Shown here piece after piece: positions 52,986 through 62,119 of a stretch of DNA of 64,000 nucleotides. Source of the stretch: an uncultured Candidatus Binatia bacterium (GTDB lineage: Bacteria > Desulfobacterota > Binatia > UBA9968 > JAJDTQ01). Each line of letters begins with the position of its first letter. Positions within the stretch are counted from its first letter, which is position 1. The notes under the pieces are model-generated. The model saw only the letters and a list, made by a program, of their open reading frames with translations. It was not told the origin of the DNA and searched no databases. Where the stretch lies: contig OZ243916.1 of assembly GCA_965213675.1 (NCBI GenBank), positions 96,001-160,000 of the forward strand, given 5' to 3'. The position numbers and the translations under genes were made by a program.

Positions 52986-54275
52986 TCAGCCGAAGAGGTC
53001 CCTGGAGAAGGCCGCGTACCAACCGACGGATTCCTCGTAGGTGGCCTTGCGTACCTCGGCGCTCTCTCCGGTCTTGGAGATGAAGCCGTCGGTCTTGGCG
53101 ATCTTCTCGTCGGTGGCCTTGTAGGAGGCGCCGACCTTGACGCCGTCATCGGTGGCGATCAGCGACCAGCAGGTGTTGCGGAAGCGCGCCGGGAATGCCT
53201 TCGAGCCGGTCAGCGCCGCGCGCACCGCCATGGCGCACACCTTGGCCTGACTGTTGGCGGAGAACCCGGACTTGGGCATGTCCCCTTGCTGGGAAGCGTC
53301 GCCGAGCACGTGAATGTTCTCGTCCGCACGGCTTTGCATGGTGTGGGGCGCCACCGGCGCCCAGCCCGCTTCGTTGGTGATCCCGGCCGCCGCCGCGATG
53401 CGGCCCGCCTGCTGCGCCGGAATCACGTTGCAGACATCCACCTTGGTGACCTCGCCGTCGATCACCACCTCCATGGAACCCGGGCGCACCGCCACCTTGT
53501 CGCCGCCGAAGTCCGGACCGACCCGCTCGATCATGCCGGGGTAGTGGCGCTGCCAGCCTTCCTCGAATAGCCCCTGCTTGGAAAACTTCGCCTTGGGGTC
53601 GACGATCAGTATCTTGGCCGTCGGGTTGGATTGCTTCAGCGTGTGCGCGACCATCGAGATGCGTTCGTACGGTCCCGGGGGGCAGCGAAAGGGGTTCGGC
53701 GGCGCCACCATGCAATAGACGCCGCCCTGTCGCATGGCCGCCACCTGGGCCTTGAGGAGCTGGGTCTGCGAGCCCGCCTTGTAGGCGTGGGGCATGCGGT
53801 TCTGATGCGACAGGTCCCAACCAGGCACCGAACCTGGGCGGAAGTCGATGCCGGGGGAGAGGATCAACCGGTCGTAGGCGAGGCTGCCGCCGCCGGCGAG
53901 TCCGATCCGCTTCTTTCCCCTATCCACGGACACGGCCCAGTCGTGGACCACGTTGATACCGTAGGCCGACGCCAGGGTTCCGTAGGAATGCCCGATGGAC
54001 GCGAAGCTGCGGAACCCGCCGAGGTAGAGGTTCGAGAAGAAGCATGAGTAATAGTGCCGGGAGGGCTCCACCAGGGTCACGTCGATGGCGCCTTTCGAGT
54101 CCTTGGCGAGGTAGCGCGCGGCCGTGGCTCCGCCGGCGCCGCCGCCGATCACCACCACCCGCGGGCGGCTCTGGCCGAGGATGGGTGAGGCCCACAACGC
54201 CGCCGACGTGGCGGCGGTGGATGCCAAAAAGCGGCGCCGGCTCAGGCCGCGGTTCTTGTGATCCCTTTTCGACAT
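52986..54275 (-). CDS. soxF: Flavocytochrome c sulfide dehydrogenase flavoprotein subunit
   Basis: Tat signal SRRRFL, GGGAGGATAA, SCFFSNLY, RCPPGPYER, MPKSGFSANSQ, NTCWS. Confidence 0.92.
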   Translation of the reverse strand: MSKRDHKNRGLSRRRFLASTAATSAALWASPILGQSRPRVVVIGGGAGGATAARYLAKDSKGAIDVTLVEPSRHYYSCFFSNLYLGGFRSFASIGHSYGTLASAYGINVVHDWAVSVDRGKKRIGLAGGGSLAYDRLILSPGIDFRPGSVPGWDLSHQNRMPHAYKAGSQTQLLKAQVAAMRQGGVYCMVAPPNPFRCPPGPYERISMVAHTLKQSNPTAKILIVDPKAKFSKQGLFEEGWQRHYPGMIERVGPDFGGDKVAVRPGSMEVVIDGEVTKVDVCNVIPAQQAGRIAAAAGITNEAGWAPVAPHTMQSRADENIHVLGDASQQGDMPKSGFSANSQAKVCAMAVRAALTGSKAFPARFRNTCWSLIATDDGVKVGASYKATDEKIAKTDGFISKTGESAEVRKATYEESVGWYAAFSRDLFG

Positions 54276-54290
54276 GGCTCCCCCCTTTTC

Positions 54291-55004
54291 TCATGGCCCG
54301 TCGGCCGGCCTTGCGAAATACGCGGCCAGCGACGCGATCTCCTCGTTGGATAAACGCCTGGCGATGGTCTGCATGGCCTGATGCTTCCGCTTGCCATGCT
54401 TGTACGCTTGCAGCGTTATCACGAAGTCCTCCACCGGCCAACCGGCAATGGCGGGGATGCCTTGCTCGGCGCCGCCGGCGTGGTGGCAGGTGACGCATTC
54501 ACTCGCCAGCCAAGCGCCGTATTCGAGGTCGCCCGGAATGGTGAGGAGGCGCGGGTCGAGGCCGTATTCGGCGGCGGTCATGGTCGGTTCCGCCGCCGGA
54601 AGGCGGGAGCCGGACAGGGAGCGCAGCCACGCCACAAGATCCGCCCGGTCGTCCGCCGCCATGCCGGCGTAGCTCATGCGTGACCGCGGCACCGCCTTGC
54701 GAGGGTCTGCCAGAAAGGTATCCAGCGTCGCTTCCGTCCACACCAGTCCGGCGGTTCCGGCCCTGCGCATGGCCCGAGAGTAACGAAAGTCCGGGAGCGA
54801 ACCGGCGCGGCGACCGAACAGGTCGTTCAGGTGGGGGCCGATGCGGTGCCTTGCGCCACGGCCGGTCTGGTGACAACGCTTGCATTCCTGGTAGAGCGCC
54901 TTCCCGCGTTGCGTATCCGCGCCATGGGCTCCGGTGGCGGCCAGAAGCAGAAGAAGAACCAACGCGAGCACAGGGAAAGCCGCGGGCTTCGTGATGCTCT
55001 TCAT
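54291..55004 (-). CDS. soxE: Diheme cytochrome c (SoxE-like)
   Basis: Signal peptide; CKRCH with GPHL (class I) and CVTCH; upstream of soxF. Confidence 0.82.
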   Translation of the reverse strand: MKSITKPAAFPVLALVLLLLLAATGAHGADTQRGKALYQECKRCHQTGRGARHRIGPHLNDLFGRRAGSLPDFRYSRAMRRAGTAGLVWTEATLDTFLADPRKAVPRSRMSYAGMAADDRADLVAWLRSLSGSRLPAAEPTMTAAEYGLDPRLLTIPGDLEYGAWLASECVTCHHAGGAEQGIPAIAGWPVEDFVITLQAYKHGKRKHQAMQTIARRLSNEEIASLAAYFARPADGP

Positions 55005-55026
55005 GCGCAGTGGGGCGCCCGGAAGG

Positions 55027-55356
55027 TCAAGACTTGACCGTGACTCGCCGGCCGAGGCGGTATACAGAGCCATCGTCATCGACCCACTCGAATTCCATCT
55101 CGCCCGATTCCCGCACCGCCATTTCGAAACTGAAATACGGATCCGCGGACACCGCCCGTTCGAGATCCACGGAGATGGCCTCCTCGCCGTTGTAGCGCAC
55201 CACGAACTGGTTGATGATCCGCCGGGGAATGCGTTTCCCGTCACGGTCCTGGCGGAGCCCGGTGTGCATGGGGTGGGTGATGCGGGTCCTGACGGTGAAG
55301 GGAACTCCGGCGGACACCGACTTCGGCAGTTTCACGCGCGGCCTGGGATTCTGCAT
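55027..55356 (-). CDS. soxZ: Sulfur carrier protein SoxZ
   Basis: PRVKLP, ITHPMHTGLRQDRDG, PRRIIN, AVSADPYF, WVDDDG. Confidence 0.92.
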   Translation of the reverse strand: MQNPRPRVKLPKSVSAGVPFTVRTRITHPMHTGLRQDRDGKRIPRRIINQFVVRYNGEEAISVDLERAVSADPYFSFEMAVRESGEMEFEWVDDDGSVYRLGRRVTVKS

Positions 55357-55416
55357 TTCAAACACCTGGTGCGCTGTGTCACGAACATGTTCGTGAATCA
55401 CACCGCCGTCGGATCA

Positions 55417-55851
55417 TCAGCAACCGCCCGCCGTCACCTTGATCGCGTGGGACGTCGTGCGGAACGCGCCGTCGGCCATTTCCGCCACGGCGATGAGTTT
55501 CTGGCTCCCGGCCAGCCGGATGCGCGTCGACGCCGCGGGCGTGACCCACTTGCCGAATGTGAAGACGGCGACGCCCGGACTCGGGTTGCCGTCGGCGAAC
55601 AGGGCGATGCGGCGCGCACCTTCGGCGGAGACCCGCACCGGCACCGCCCCGCCGTTGTCGGCGATCTCCGCGGCTTCGATGCGGACGCCGCCCTCCACCG
55701 GCAGCGCGCCCTTGGTGAAAAGCGCGATGGCGAGCTGGGTCTCATTGGCCGCCCGTGCCGGCCGGACCCGAAACAAGCCGGCGAGACCCGCGGTCGCTGC
55801 GGCCACGGCAACGCCGGCGAACGAGAGTATTTGCCTGCGTGTGGTACTCAT
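55417..55851 (-). CDS. soxY: Sulfur carrier protein SoxY (ends in GGC)
   Basis: Tat-like TRRQIL, EIADNGGAVP, GNPSP, STRIRLA, IKVTAGGC. Confidence 0.9.
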   Translation of the reverse strand: MSTTRRQILSFAGVAVAAATAGLAGLFRVRPARAANETQLAIALFTKGALPVEGGVRIEAAEIADNGGAVPVRVSAEGARRIALFADGNPSPGVAVFTFGKWVTPAASTRIRLAGSQKLIAVAEMADGAFRTTSHAIKVTAGGC

Positions 55852-55983
55852 GTGGAAACGCTTTCGGCTTATCGGGTAGACGCCACCGGAGCCTTGGGTG
55901 ACCGCGCCTGCCGGCGGCACCCGGGCCTCCGCCGGTTGCCGGAACCCGCGGGGCAGCGTCTTGCCGCCCCTGCCATCCATTCC

Positions 55984-56148
55984 CAGGAGCTTGCGCCGCA
56001 TGAATTCGCGCGAGCGAAAATTCGTGCGCCGCCTTCCCTCGGCCCGGTCGATTGAGGACAATATCATGTCATATTTGACGAAATCGAGCGACCGAAGGGA
56101 CGGATGAGAGCGGATTTGGAGCCGTGAATTCCTGCGGCGCAAGCTCCT
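55984..56148 (+). repeat. Repeat family B, full copy (MITE-like, about 165 bp)
   Basis: 26-bp terminal IR AGGAGCTTGCGCCGCATGAATTCGCG (24/26), AT-rich internal palindrome AATATCATGTCATATT; related copies at 40938 and 19451. Confidence 0.82.
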
Positions 56149-56187
56149 CTCGTAGACGCTCGAAATCGGCAACGAAAGAAGGCGCTC

Positions 56188-57186
56188 ATGAAATTCGGTC
56201 TATTCATCATCGGCGAGGACGACCCCGAACTTCAACTCGACCTCAAGCGTTATTACGAACGGATGCTGGAGCAGGTCCGCTGCGGCGAGTCCCTGGGCTA
56301 CGAATGCTTCTGGTTCGGCGAGCATCACTTCGATTTCCATGGCGTCATTCCATCGCCCACGGTGCTCATGTCCGCGGCGGCCGCGTGCACCGATACCATC
56401 CGCCTGGGCGTTGCGGTGGCGCTCTTGCCCTACCGGAATCCCATCCTCACCGCAGAGGAATACGCCATGATCGACGTGTTGAGCGGCGGCCGGCTCGACT
56501 TCGGCGTCGGCCGCGGCACGCCCCCGGAACTGGTGGGCTTCGGCGTCAAGGAGGACAACCGCGACCGGCTGGTGGAGAGCCTCGAAGTGGTGGAAATGGC
56601 ATGGCGCGACGGAACGGTGTCCTACCAGGGACAGTTTCACCACATCGACGACGTGTCGCTTAACGTGCAACCTGTCCAGCGGCCGTCGCCGCCGGTGTAC
56701 TTCGCCACCTTGAGCCAAGGCTCCTATCAGGTGGCCGGCGAACGCGGCTACCCCATTCTCGGCATCCCCTTCGCGAGCTGCAAGGACATGGCCGAAGTCA
56801 GGCGCAAGGTGACCTTCTACAAGGAAGCCCTGAGTCAGAATGGCCACAACCCCGACGCCGTGGACGTGGGCCAGACCATTCACACCCACGTGGCCGAAAC
56901 CGACGCCGCCGCCCGGCGCCGCGCCCGCCCCGCCATGAGCCGCTACTACGAAGCCCGCAAAAGCGTGCGCCCGCGCGGCTACGATGCACTCGACCAGGCA
57001 CGCATGCTCATGGTCGGCGGCCCCGCCCGTTGCATCGAGCAGATCGAAGAGATCGCCGGCACCGGCTCCAACTACATCATCTTCTCCATGAACTTCGCCG
57101 GCCTCGACCAGGCCTGTATCCTGGAGTCCATGGCGATGATGGCGGAGGAGGTGCTGCCCAAGGTCGAAGGCTTGGACGGCTCGTAG
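56188..57186 (+). CDS. LLM-class (luciferase-like) flavin-dependent oxidoreductase
   Basis: MKFGLF, WFGEHHF, IRLGVAV, AEEYAMIDVLSGGRLDFGVGRG, PVQRPSPP. Confidence 0.92.
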   Translation: MKFGLFIIGEDDPELQLDLKRYYERMLEQVRCGESLGYECFWFGEHHFDFHGVIPSPTVLMSAAAACTDTIRLGVAVALLPYRNPILTAEEYAMIDVLSGGRLDFGVGRGTPPELVGFGVKEDNRDRLVESLEVVEMAWRDGTVSYQGQFHHIDDVSLNVQPVQRPSPPVYFATLSQGSYQVAGERGYPILGIPFASCKDMAEVRRKVTFYKEALSQNGHNPDAVDVGQTIHTHVAETDAAARRRARPAMSRYYEARKSVRPRGYDALDQARMLMVGGPARCIEQIEEIAGTGSNYIIFSMNFAGLDQACILESMAMMAEEVLPKVEGLDGS

Positions 57187-57221
57187 CGGATTTCTCGATC
57201 GAGTCGACGTGGGGCGAACGG

Positions 57222-58538
57222 CTACCGCATCAAACCCGGCAGCCAGATGGCGATGGGCGGGAACAGCATTACCAGAGCCAGGGCGATGATGTTGATGAGG
57301 ACGAAGGGGATGACGCCGCGGTAGATGGCGCCCAAGGTGACGTCGGGCGGGGAGACGCCCTTGAGCACGAAGAGGTTCATGCCAAAGGGCGGGGTGATGA
57401 GGGACAGCTCGATGTTCACCATGGTGACAATGGCGAACCACAAAGGGTCGAGGCCCAGGGAGCGGATCACGGGGAAGAAGATGGGCACGGTGATGAGCAT
57501 GATGGAGATGGGCTCCATGAACGCGCCCATGATGAGGATCACGATCTGCATGGCGGCAATGATGATCCACTGGGACACGGCCAGCTCGGTGGCGAAGGTG
57601 GACAGGCCCATGGCCGCGCCGGAGTGGGCGAGGATCTGGCTGAAGGCGGTGGCGCTGGTGACGATGAGCAGGGCGAAGCCGGAGACCTCCACGGTGCCCA
57701 GGAGCGACTTTTGCAGGATCTCCCACGACACGCGCCGGTAGGCCACGGCCAGGCAGAAAGCCCCGGCGACCCCCATGGCGGCGGACTCGCTGGGGGTGGC
57801 GATGCCCATGAAGATCGAGCCCAGCACCACGAGCACCAGCACCACCAGCGGCAGGAAGTACTTGAGGGCGGTCAGGCGCTCGCCCCAGGACACCTTCTCG
57901 ACGTCCACGGCGGGGGCCAGTTGCGGCCAGATCGTGCAGGCGATGACGATGTAGCCGAACAGCAGCGACGCCAGCAGCAGCCCCGGCAGCACGCCGCCGA
58001 TCAGCAGGTCGCCCACCGAGAGCTGGCTGATGCCGCCGAAGATAACCATGAGCGCGCTGGGCGGGATCAGCACGGCCAGACCCCCCGACGTGGCCAGGGT
58101 GCCAACGGCCAGGCCCGTGTCGTAGCCCTGCCTGCGCATTTCCGGGATCAGGATGGTTCCCAGGGTGGCGGAGCTGGCCATGCTCGAGCCGCTGCCCGCG
58201 CCGAAGGCCGTTCCCGCGAGCACGGCCAGCACCGCGAGACGGCCGGGCATCTTGCCCAACCATTTGCCGATGGAGGTGATGGCGAGGGCGGCGAGACCCG
58301 AATGGAGTACCAGTTCGCCCATCAGCACGAACAGGGGCAGGGCGATGAAGGCGAAGGTGCCGACGCTCGTGAAGCTGCTCAGGGCCACGGCCTGGACCGC
58401 GCCCGGACCCACGAGCACGTACAGAAAGGCGATGTTCAGGACGCCGAAGGCGAACGCGATGGGAATGCCCGACGCCATCAGCAGGAGAAGGGCGCCGAAC
58501 ATGACCACCAGAACGATCCACCACTCGAGGATAATCAG
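57222..58538 (-). CDS. dctM: TRAP transporter large permease DctM
   Basis: ALPLFVLMG, GSSMAS, LIPPS, ATPSESAA, ITPPFGMNLF; start codon apparently non-ATG (see findings). Confidence 0.92.
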   Translation of the reverse strand: MIILEWWIVLVVMFGALLLLMASGIPIAFAFGVLNIAFLYVLVGPGAVQAVALSSFTSVGTFAFIALPLFVLMGELVLHSGLAALAITSIGKWLGKMPGRLAVLAVLAGTAFGAGSGSSMASSATLGTILIPEMRRQGYDTGLAVGTLATSGGLAVLIPPSALMVIFGGISQLSVGDLLIGGVLPGLLLASLLFGYIVIACTIWPQLAPAVDVEKVSWGERLTALKYFLPLVVLVLVVLGSIFMGIATPSESAAMGVAGAFCLAVAYRRVSWEILQKSLLGTVEVSGFALLIVTSATAFSQILAHSGAAMGLSTFATELAVSQWIIIAAMQIVILIMGAFMEPISIMLITVPIFFPVIRSLGLDPLWFAIVTMVNIELSLITPPFGMNLFVLKGVSPPDVTLGAIYRGVIPFVLINIIALALVMLFPPIAIWLPGLMR

Positions 58539-59050
58539 AGGCCTCCTTCTCCGGGCGCGACCTCCGTGGGCCCGCGCTCCCCGGCGAGGATTCGGAAGAC
58601 AAAACCCAGCGCGAGCCAGGCCGCTCCGATGGGGATAATGATCAGCACCGGGAATTTGGGGAAGTTGAGGGCGGTGGAGAAGCGGTAGCCGTTCTCCAGC
58701 GCGTGCCATGCCACCGCCCAGCCCTGCCACGCCAGCACCACGCAATAGAGCAGCCCGAAAATGTCCGTCACCACCCGAAGCCGCCGTTGCGCCGGCGCCT
58801 TGAGGCGCGCGGTGACGAGTTCGACCTTCACGTGATGGTCGTTCATGAGGATCCACGCGGCGGGAACGAAGGTGAGATACACCAACAGGTACTCGTTCAT
58901 GTCGATCACCCAGATGGTGGGCGCGCGGAAGAGCAGGCGGGCGAAGACATCGTAGAGAACGGACACCGTCATCACCACCACGAACGCGGCAGCGACGGCA
59001 CTGAGCGCGCGGTTCGCCCTGTCGAAGGCGAGGCTCAGGTATTGCATCAT
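58535..59050 (-). CDS. dctQ: TRAP transporter small permease DctQ
   Basis: Four TMs, DVFAR, PTIWV, HVKVE; between dctP and dctM. Confidence 0.9.
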   Translation of the reverse strand: MMQYLSLAFDRANRALSAVAAAFVVVMTVSVLYDVFARLLFRAPTIWVIDMNEYLLVYLTFVPAAWILMNDHHVKVELVTARLKAPAQRRLRVVTDIFGLLYCVVLAWQGWAVAWHALENGYRFSTALNFPKFPVLIIIPIGAAWLALGFVFRILAGERGPTEVAPGEGGL

Positions 59051-59133
59051 GGGGCGAGCCGTGGGCAGCGGCGGCCGGCGGCCCGCATCAACGGGACCGG
59101 CAGCCGCCGCGCGTCACGTCCGGCGAGACCGGT

Positions 59134-60150
59134 TCAGTTGTAGGGCTCCAGGGCTTTCTGGATACGTGGACCGTACTTGGGCGACTGCTTGAGCAGCTCG
59201 GCCCAGTAGGCGTTGCGCGCCGCCGCCAGCCGTTTTTTGGCGGCGGCGTCCACCTGGATGATCTTCATGCCGTTGGCCTGAAGCTTCTGGATGGAGGCCT
59301 GGTCGGCGTTGAAATAGTAGTCCAGCACCTCGCGCTCCATCCCTTCGGCGGTGTCCGTCACGATTTTCCGGGCGGCGTCCGACAGCTTGTCCCAGACCCG
59401 CGTGGCAATGTAGACGCCGCCCGGCGAAAGCTGCATGGGCGTGGCGATCATGGCCTTGTAGACGTCTCTCTCGCCGAAGCTCCAGGCGTCGTTGGGCGCC
59501 CGGTAGGCGCCGTCCACCACGCCGCGCTGCAGTGCCGTGTACAGTTCGTTGGCCGGGATGGTCTGGGGCGAACCGCCGAGGAACTGAATGGCGCGGGCGT
59601 CCTGGGCTCCCGAGGCGCGGATGCGTTTGCCCTTGAGGTCTCCGAGACTCGCGATGGGCTTGGCCATGAGAAAGCGGAATCCGGTCCCGCCCACCAGGAT
59701 GCCGACGAAGCGCGTGGCCGATTTCTCGGCGTAGGCCTCGTTGATGATGTTCATGGCCTGGGTCGTGCGCAACGCTTCCAGCCACTTGTAGATGTCGTCG
59801 GGCTTGACCAGGCTCATGGCCGCGCCTTCGATGGTCTCGCCGGCGTAGTACGCGCCGGCGGAGTGGGTCATGTCGGCGATGCCGGTGCGCAGGGCCTGGA
59901 ACTGCTCAAAGGCCGGGGCCACCTCCGGTCCGCCCAGAAGGCGGATCTGCACCACGCCCTTGCCCGCCTTGTTCACCCGTTCGATGTACTTCTTGTACAT
60001 GAGATCGCAGTCGCAACTCAGCGGCCAGGCGGCGATGGCGCGGAGCACCGCTTCCTTGGCGCCCGCGGTCGGGACCATTGCGAGGGTCGACAGAGGCACG
60101 GCCAGCAGGAACGCGAGGATCGACTTTCTCAGAAAGGATGGGTTTCGCAT
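59134..60150 (-). CDS. dctP: TRAP substrate-binding protein DctP
   Basis: GGAGG SD, signal peptide, DLKGKRIR, ELYTALQRGVVDG. Confidence 0.92.
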   Translation of the reverse strand: MRNPSFLRKSILAFLLAVPLSTLAMVPTAGAKEAVLRAIAAWPLSCDCDLMYKKYIERVNKAGKGVVQIRLLGGPEVAPAFEQFQALRTGIADMTHSAGAYYAGETIEGAAMSLVKPDDIYKWLEALRTTQAMNIINEAYAEKSATRFVGILVGGTGFRFLMAKPIASLGDLKGKRIRASGAQDARAIQFLGGSPQTIPANELYTALQRGVVDGAYRAPNDAWSFGERDVYKAMIATPMQLSPGGVYIATRVWDKLSDAARKIVTDTAEGMEREVLDYYFNADQASIQKLQANGMKIIQVDAAAKKRLAAARNAYWAELLKQSPKYGPRIQKALEPYN

Positions 60151-60233
60151 TGTGTACCTCCGGTTTTGGGCCCGTGTCGTGTCCGGACGATTCATGCTCC
60201 GGGATGCGGTGGCGCTGGCCGCCGCACGCACTG

Positions 60234-60734
60234 TCAGATCGCCTCGTACGGAAACCGTTTCACTTTCGCCATGTTCTTCCCTTCGATGCGGATCAGCTTG
60301 GTGGTGTCGGCGCGCCAGGGCGAGTGCAGGTCGCCTTCATTGTAGAGATGGGCCATGCCCGGCTTGAGCGTGTAGGTGCGGAGCTTGCGCGCCTTGCCCT
60401 TCTTGCCCTCGCCCGCGGGCTCGACTTTTTCCCAGTCGGTCATCTCGGTTTCGCCCGAGGCTTGGCCGTAGATCGCCCAGGCCGGACCGTGGTCGTGAGG
60501 GTTGCTGCCCTTGGCGCCCTTGTTGTGATGCGCGAGGATGCAAAACCCCAGTTCGTCATCCTCATAGATCACCTTCCGCTCCGGCTGGTCGTCTTCGACG
60601 TGCTCGTCGATGAATTCCTGATCCTTGCAGATCTCTGCCACCAGCGAGACCACCTTCTGCCGCCCCTCGGGGCCAGGGTCCGCCTTGAGGATGCTGTGAC
60701 AGTCGGCGGCAAACTGTTCGAGTGTGTGGCTCAT
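60234..60734 (-). CDS. Cupin, cysteine dioxygenase-like protein
   Basis: GGAGGAG SD; PHDHGPAWAIYG and GDLHSP His triad. Confidence 0.78.
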   Translation of the reverse strand: MSHTLEQFAADCHSILKADPGPEGRQKVVSLVAEICKDQEFIDEHVEDDQPERKVIYEDDELGFCILAHHNKGAKGSNPHDHGPAWAIYGQASGETEMTDWEKVEPAGEGKKGKARKLRTYTLKPGMAHLYNEGDLHSPWRADTTKLIRIEGKNMAKVKRFPYEAI

Positions 60735-60873
60735 GGTACGACTCCTCCGAGAATGTATTTCCGGTCCGCCGAACGGCCCGGCGTTGCGCTTGCTGAAATG
60801 CTTGTACGTCGTCTGCCGCGAGAGTGTCAAGCCGGTTCGAGCGGCGGATGGCGCGGAGCCGAATGCGGCCTCG

Positions 60874-61866
60874 CTATTCGCTCCACCCCACGATGGGTGT
60901 GAACAGGTCCTCCAGCGCGGGCCTCGGTTCCGCCACGAAACCCTGCTCCACCAGGTACTGCATGAATGTTTCCAGCGTCTCCCGGTTGGCTTCCACCCCG
61001 TAGGGGTAGGGGTCGCCGCCGAACAGCTCACGGATTTCGTCCATCTCGGCGTTGAGCCACGGGACCATGTACGCCATGGTGCCGCTGAAGCTCATGTGTC
61101 TCAGCGCCCACGCCTTGGCCGCCTGAAACGCCTTGAACATGGTTTCGGCGATCCACGGGTGTTGCGCGTGCAGTTCCTCGCGCATGACGATGGTGTGCAT
61201 GATGGGAAAGATGCCGGTAGCCTGGAAGTACTCCCGCTCGGTGCGGCGGTAGTCCGGGAAGAGCCGGAGCACGGCTGGATGCGTTGCCAGGGAATCCGGC
61301 TGCCGCGCGCCCAGATAGGCGGCGATGGCGCCCTCCGCCAGCAGGTCGTTGATGGACTTGTCCGCGGGGCCCGGCTCGAGTTCCAGTGCGCCCAGCGGGC
61401 GCAGGTCCACTTCGTCGTCGGGCGGCCGCGGTGCGTTGACGCCGCCCTCGACCCAGCGGATGCTGGACAGGTCCACGCCATGCCGGTGTTGCAGAATGCC
61501 GCGAATCCATACGGCGGCGGTCTGTCCATATTCCTGGACGCCCACGCGCTTGCCGTTGAGGTCGGCCGGCTCGGCGACCCCCTGTTCCCGGTTGACGTAG
61601 ATGTACGCGTGACGAAAGAGGCGCGACGGGAACACCGGCAGCGCGATGAACGGAAACCCGCCGCGTGCGCGCCGGGTCAGGTAGGTGGACAGCGACATCT
61701 CGCACAGGTCGAAGGCCCGGGTCTTCATCATGCGGGTGAAGATCTCCGGCGGCGACTGAATCTGCAAGCAAGTAACGTCGATGCCCTCGGGCCGGACCTC
61801 GCCCTTGGCAATGGCGTCGACGCGATCATAGGGCCCGGTGGCCAGAGTCAGTGACAGGTTCCCCAA
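60874..61866 (-). CDS. 4,5-dihydroxyphthalate decarboxylase-like / PhnD-SsuA-fold protein
   Basis: YDRV, EIF.RM, FDLCEMSLS, PVFPSRLFRH, YGQTAAVWIRG, GIFPIMH, YPYGVEANR; TTG start with GGAGGA. Confidence 0.85.
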   Translation of the reverse strand: MGNLSLTLATGPYDRVDAIAKGEVRPEGIDVTCLQIQSPPEIFTRMMKTRAFDLCEMSLSTYLTRRARGGFPFIALPVFPSRLFRHAYIYVNREQGVAEPADLNGKRVGVQEYGQTAAVWIRGILQHRHGVDLSSIRWVEGGVNAPRPPDDEVDLRPLGALELEPGPADKSINDLLAEGAIAAYLGARQPDSLATHPAVLRLFPDYRRTEREYFQATGIFPIMHTIVMREELHAQHPWIAETMFKAFQAAKAWALRHMSFSGTMAYMVPWLNAEMDEIRELFGGDPYPYGVEANRETLETFMQYLVEQGFVAEPRPALEDLFTPIVGWSE

Positions 61867-62119
61867 GGTCGTTCCTCCATGGCAAGGGCAATTGAGAACG
61901 CGTCCCGAGTGAGTCTTACATCAGGGGGGCGCAACCGATATGCTGCCGGGCGGTTGTTCTTCAGGTTTGAGGTCAACTTTCCAAAGTCAGGCAGCAACCG
62001 CAAGCTTCGCCCCGCGATGGTGGAGTAGGGCCGGTGTCCCGCGTCACATGGAGCCGCGAGAGCATTCAGTCATTTGCGGCGCACGAACTTTGCGGTACAC
62101 GACACCAGGGAGGTCCATC

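Noticed and set aside
55380-55419. Selenocysteine or UGA=Gly recoding in soxY
   Set aside because: TGA is an ordinary stop in many genes here; the hairpin lacks the apical G of a bacterial SECIS and resembles a family A arm fragment
33461-58602. Long antisense or alternate-frame ORFs (e.g. 33461-35731, 38906-40894, 43217-44905, 56200-58602)
   Set aside because: Shadow ORFs of high-GC genes; low-complexity Arg/Gly/His-rich translations without family motifs
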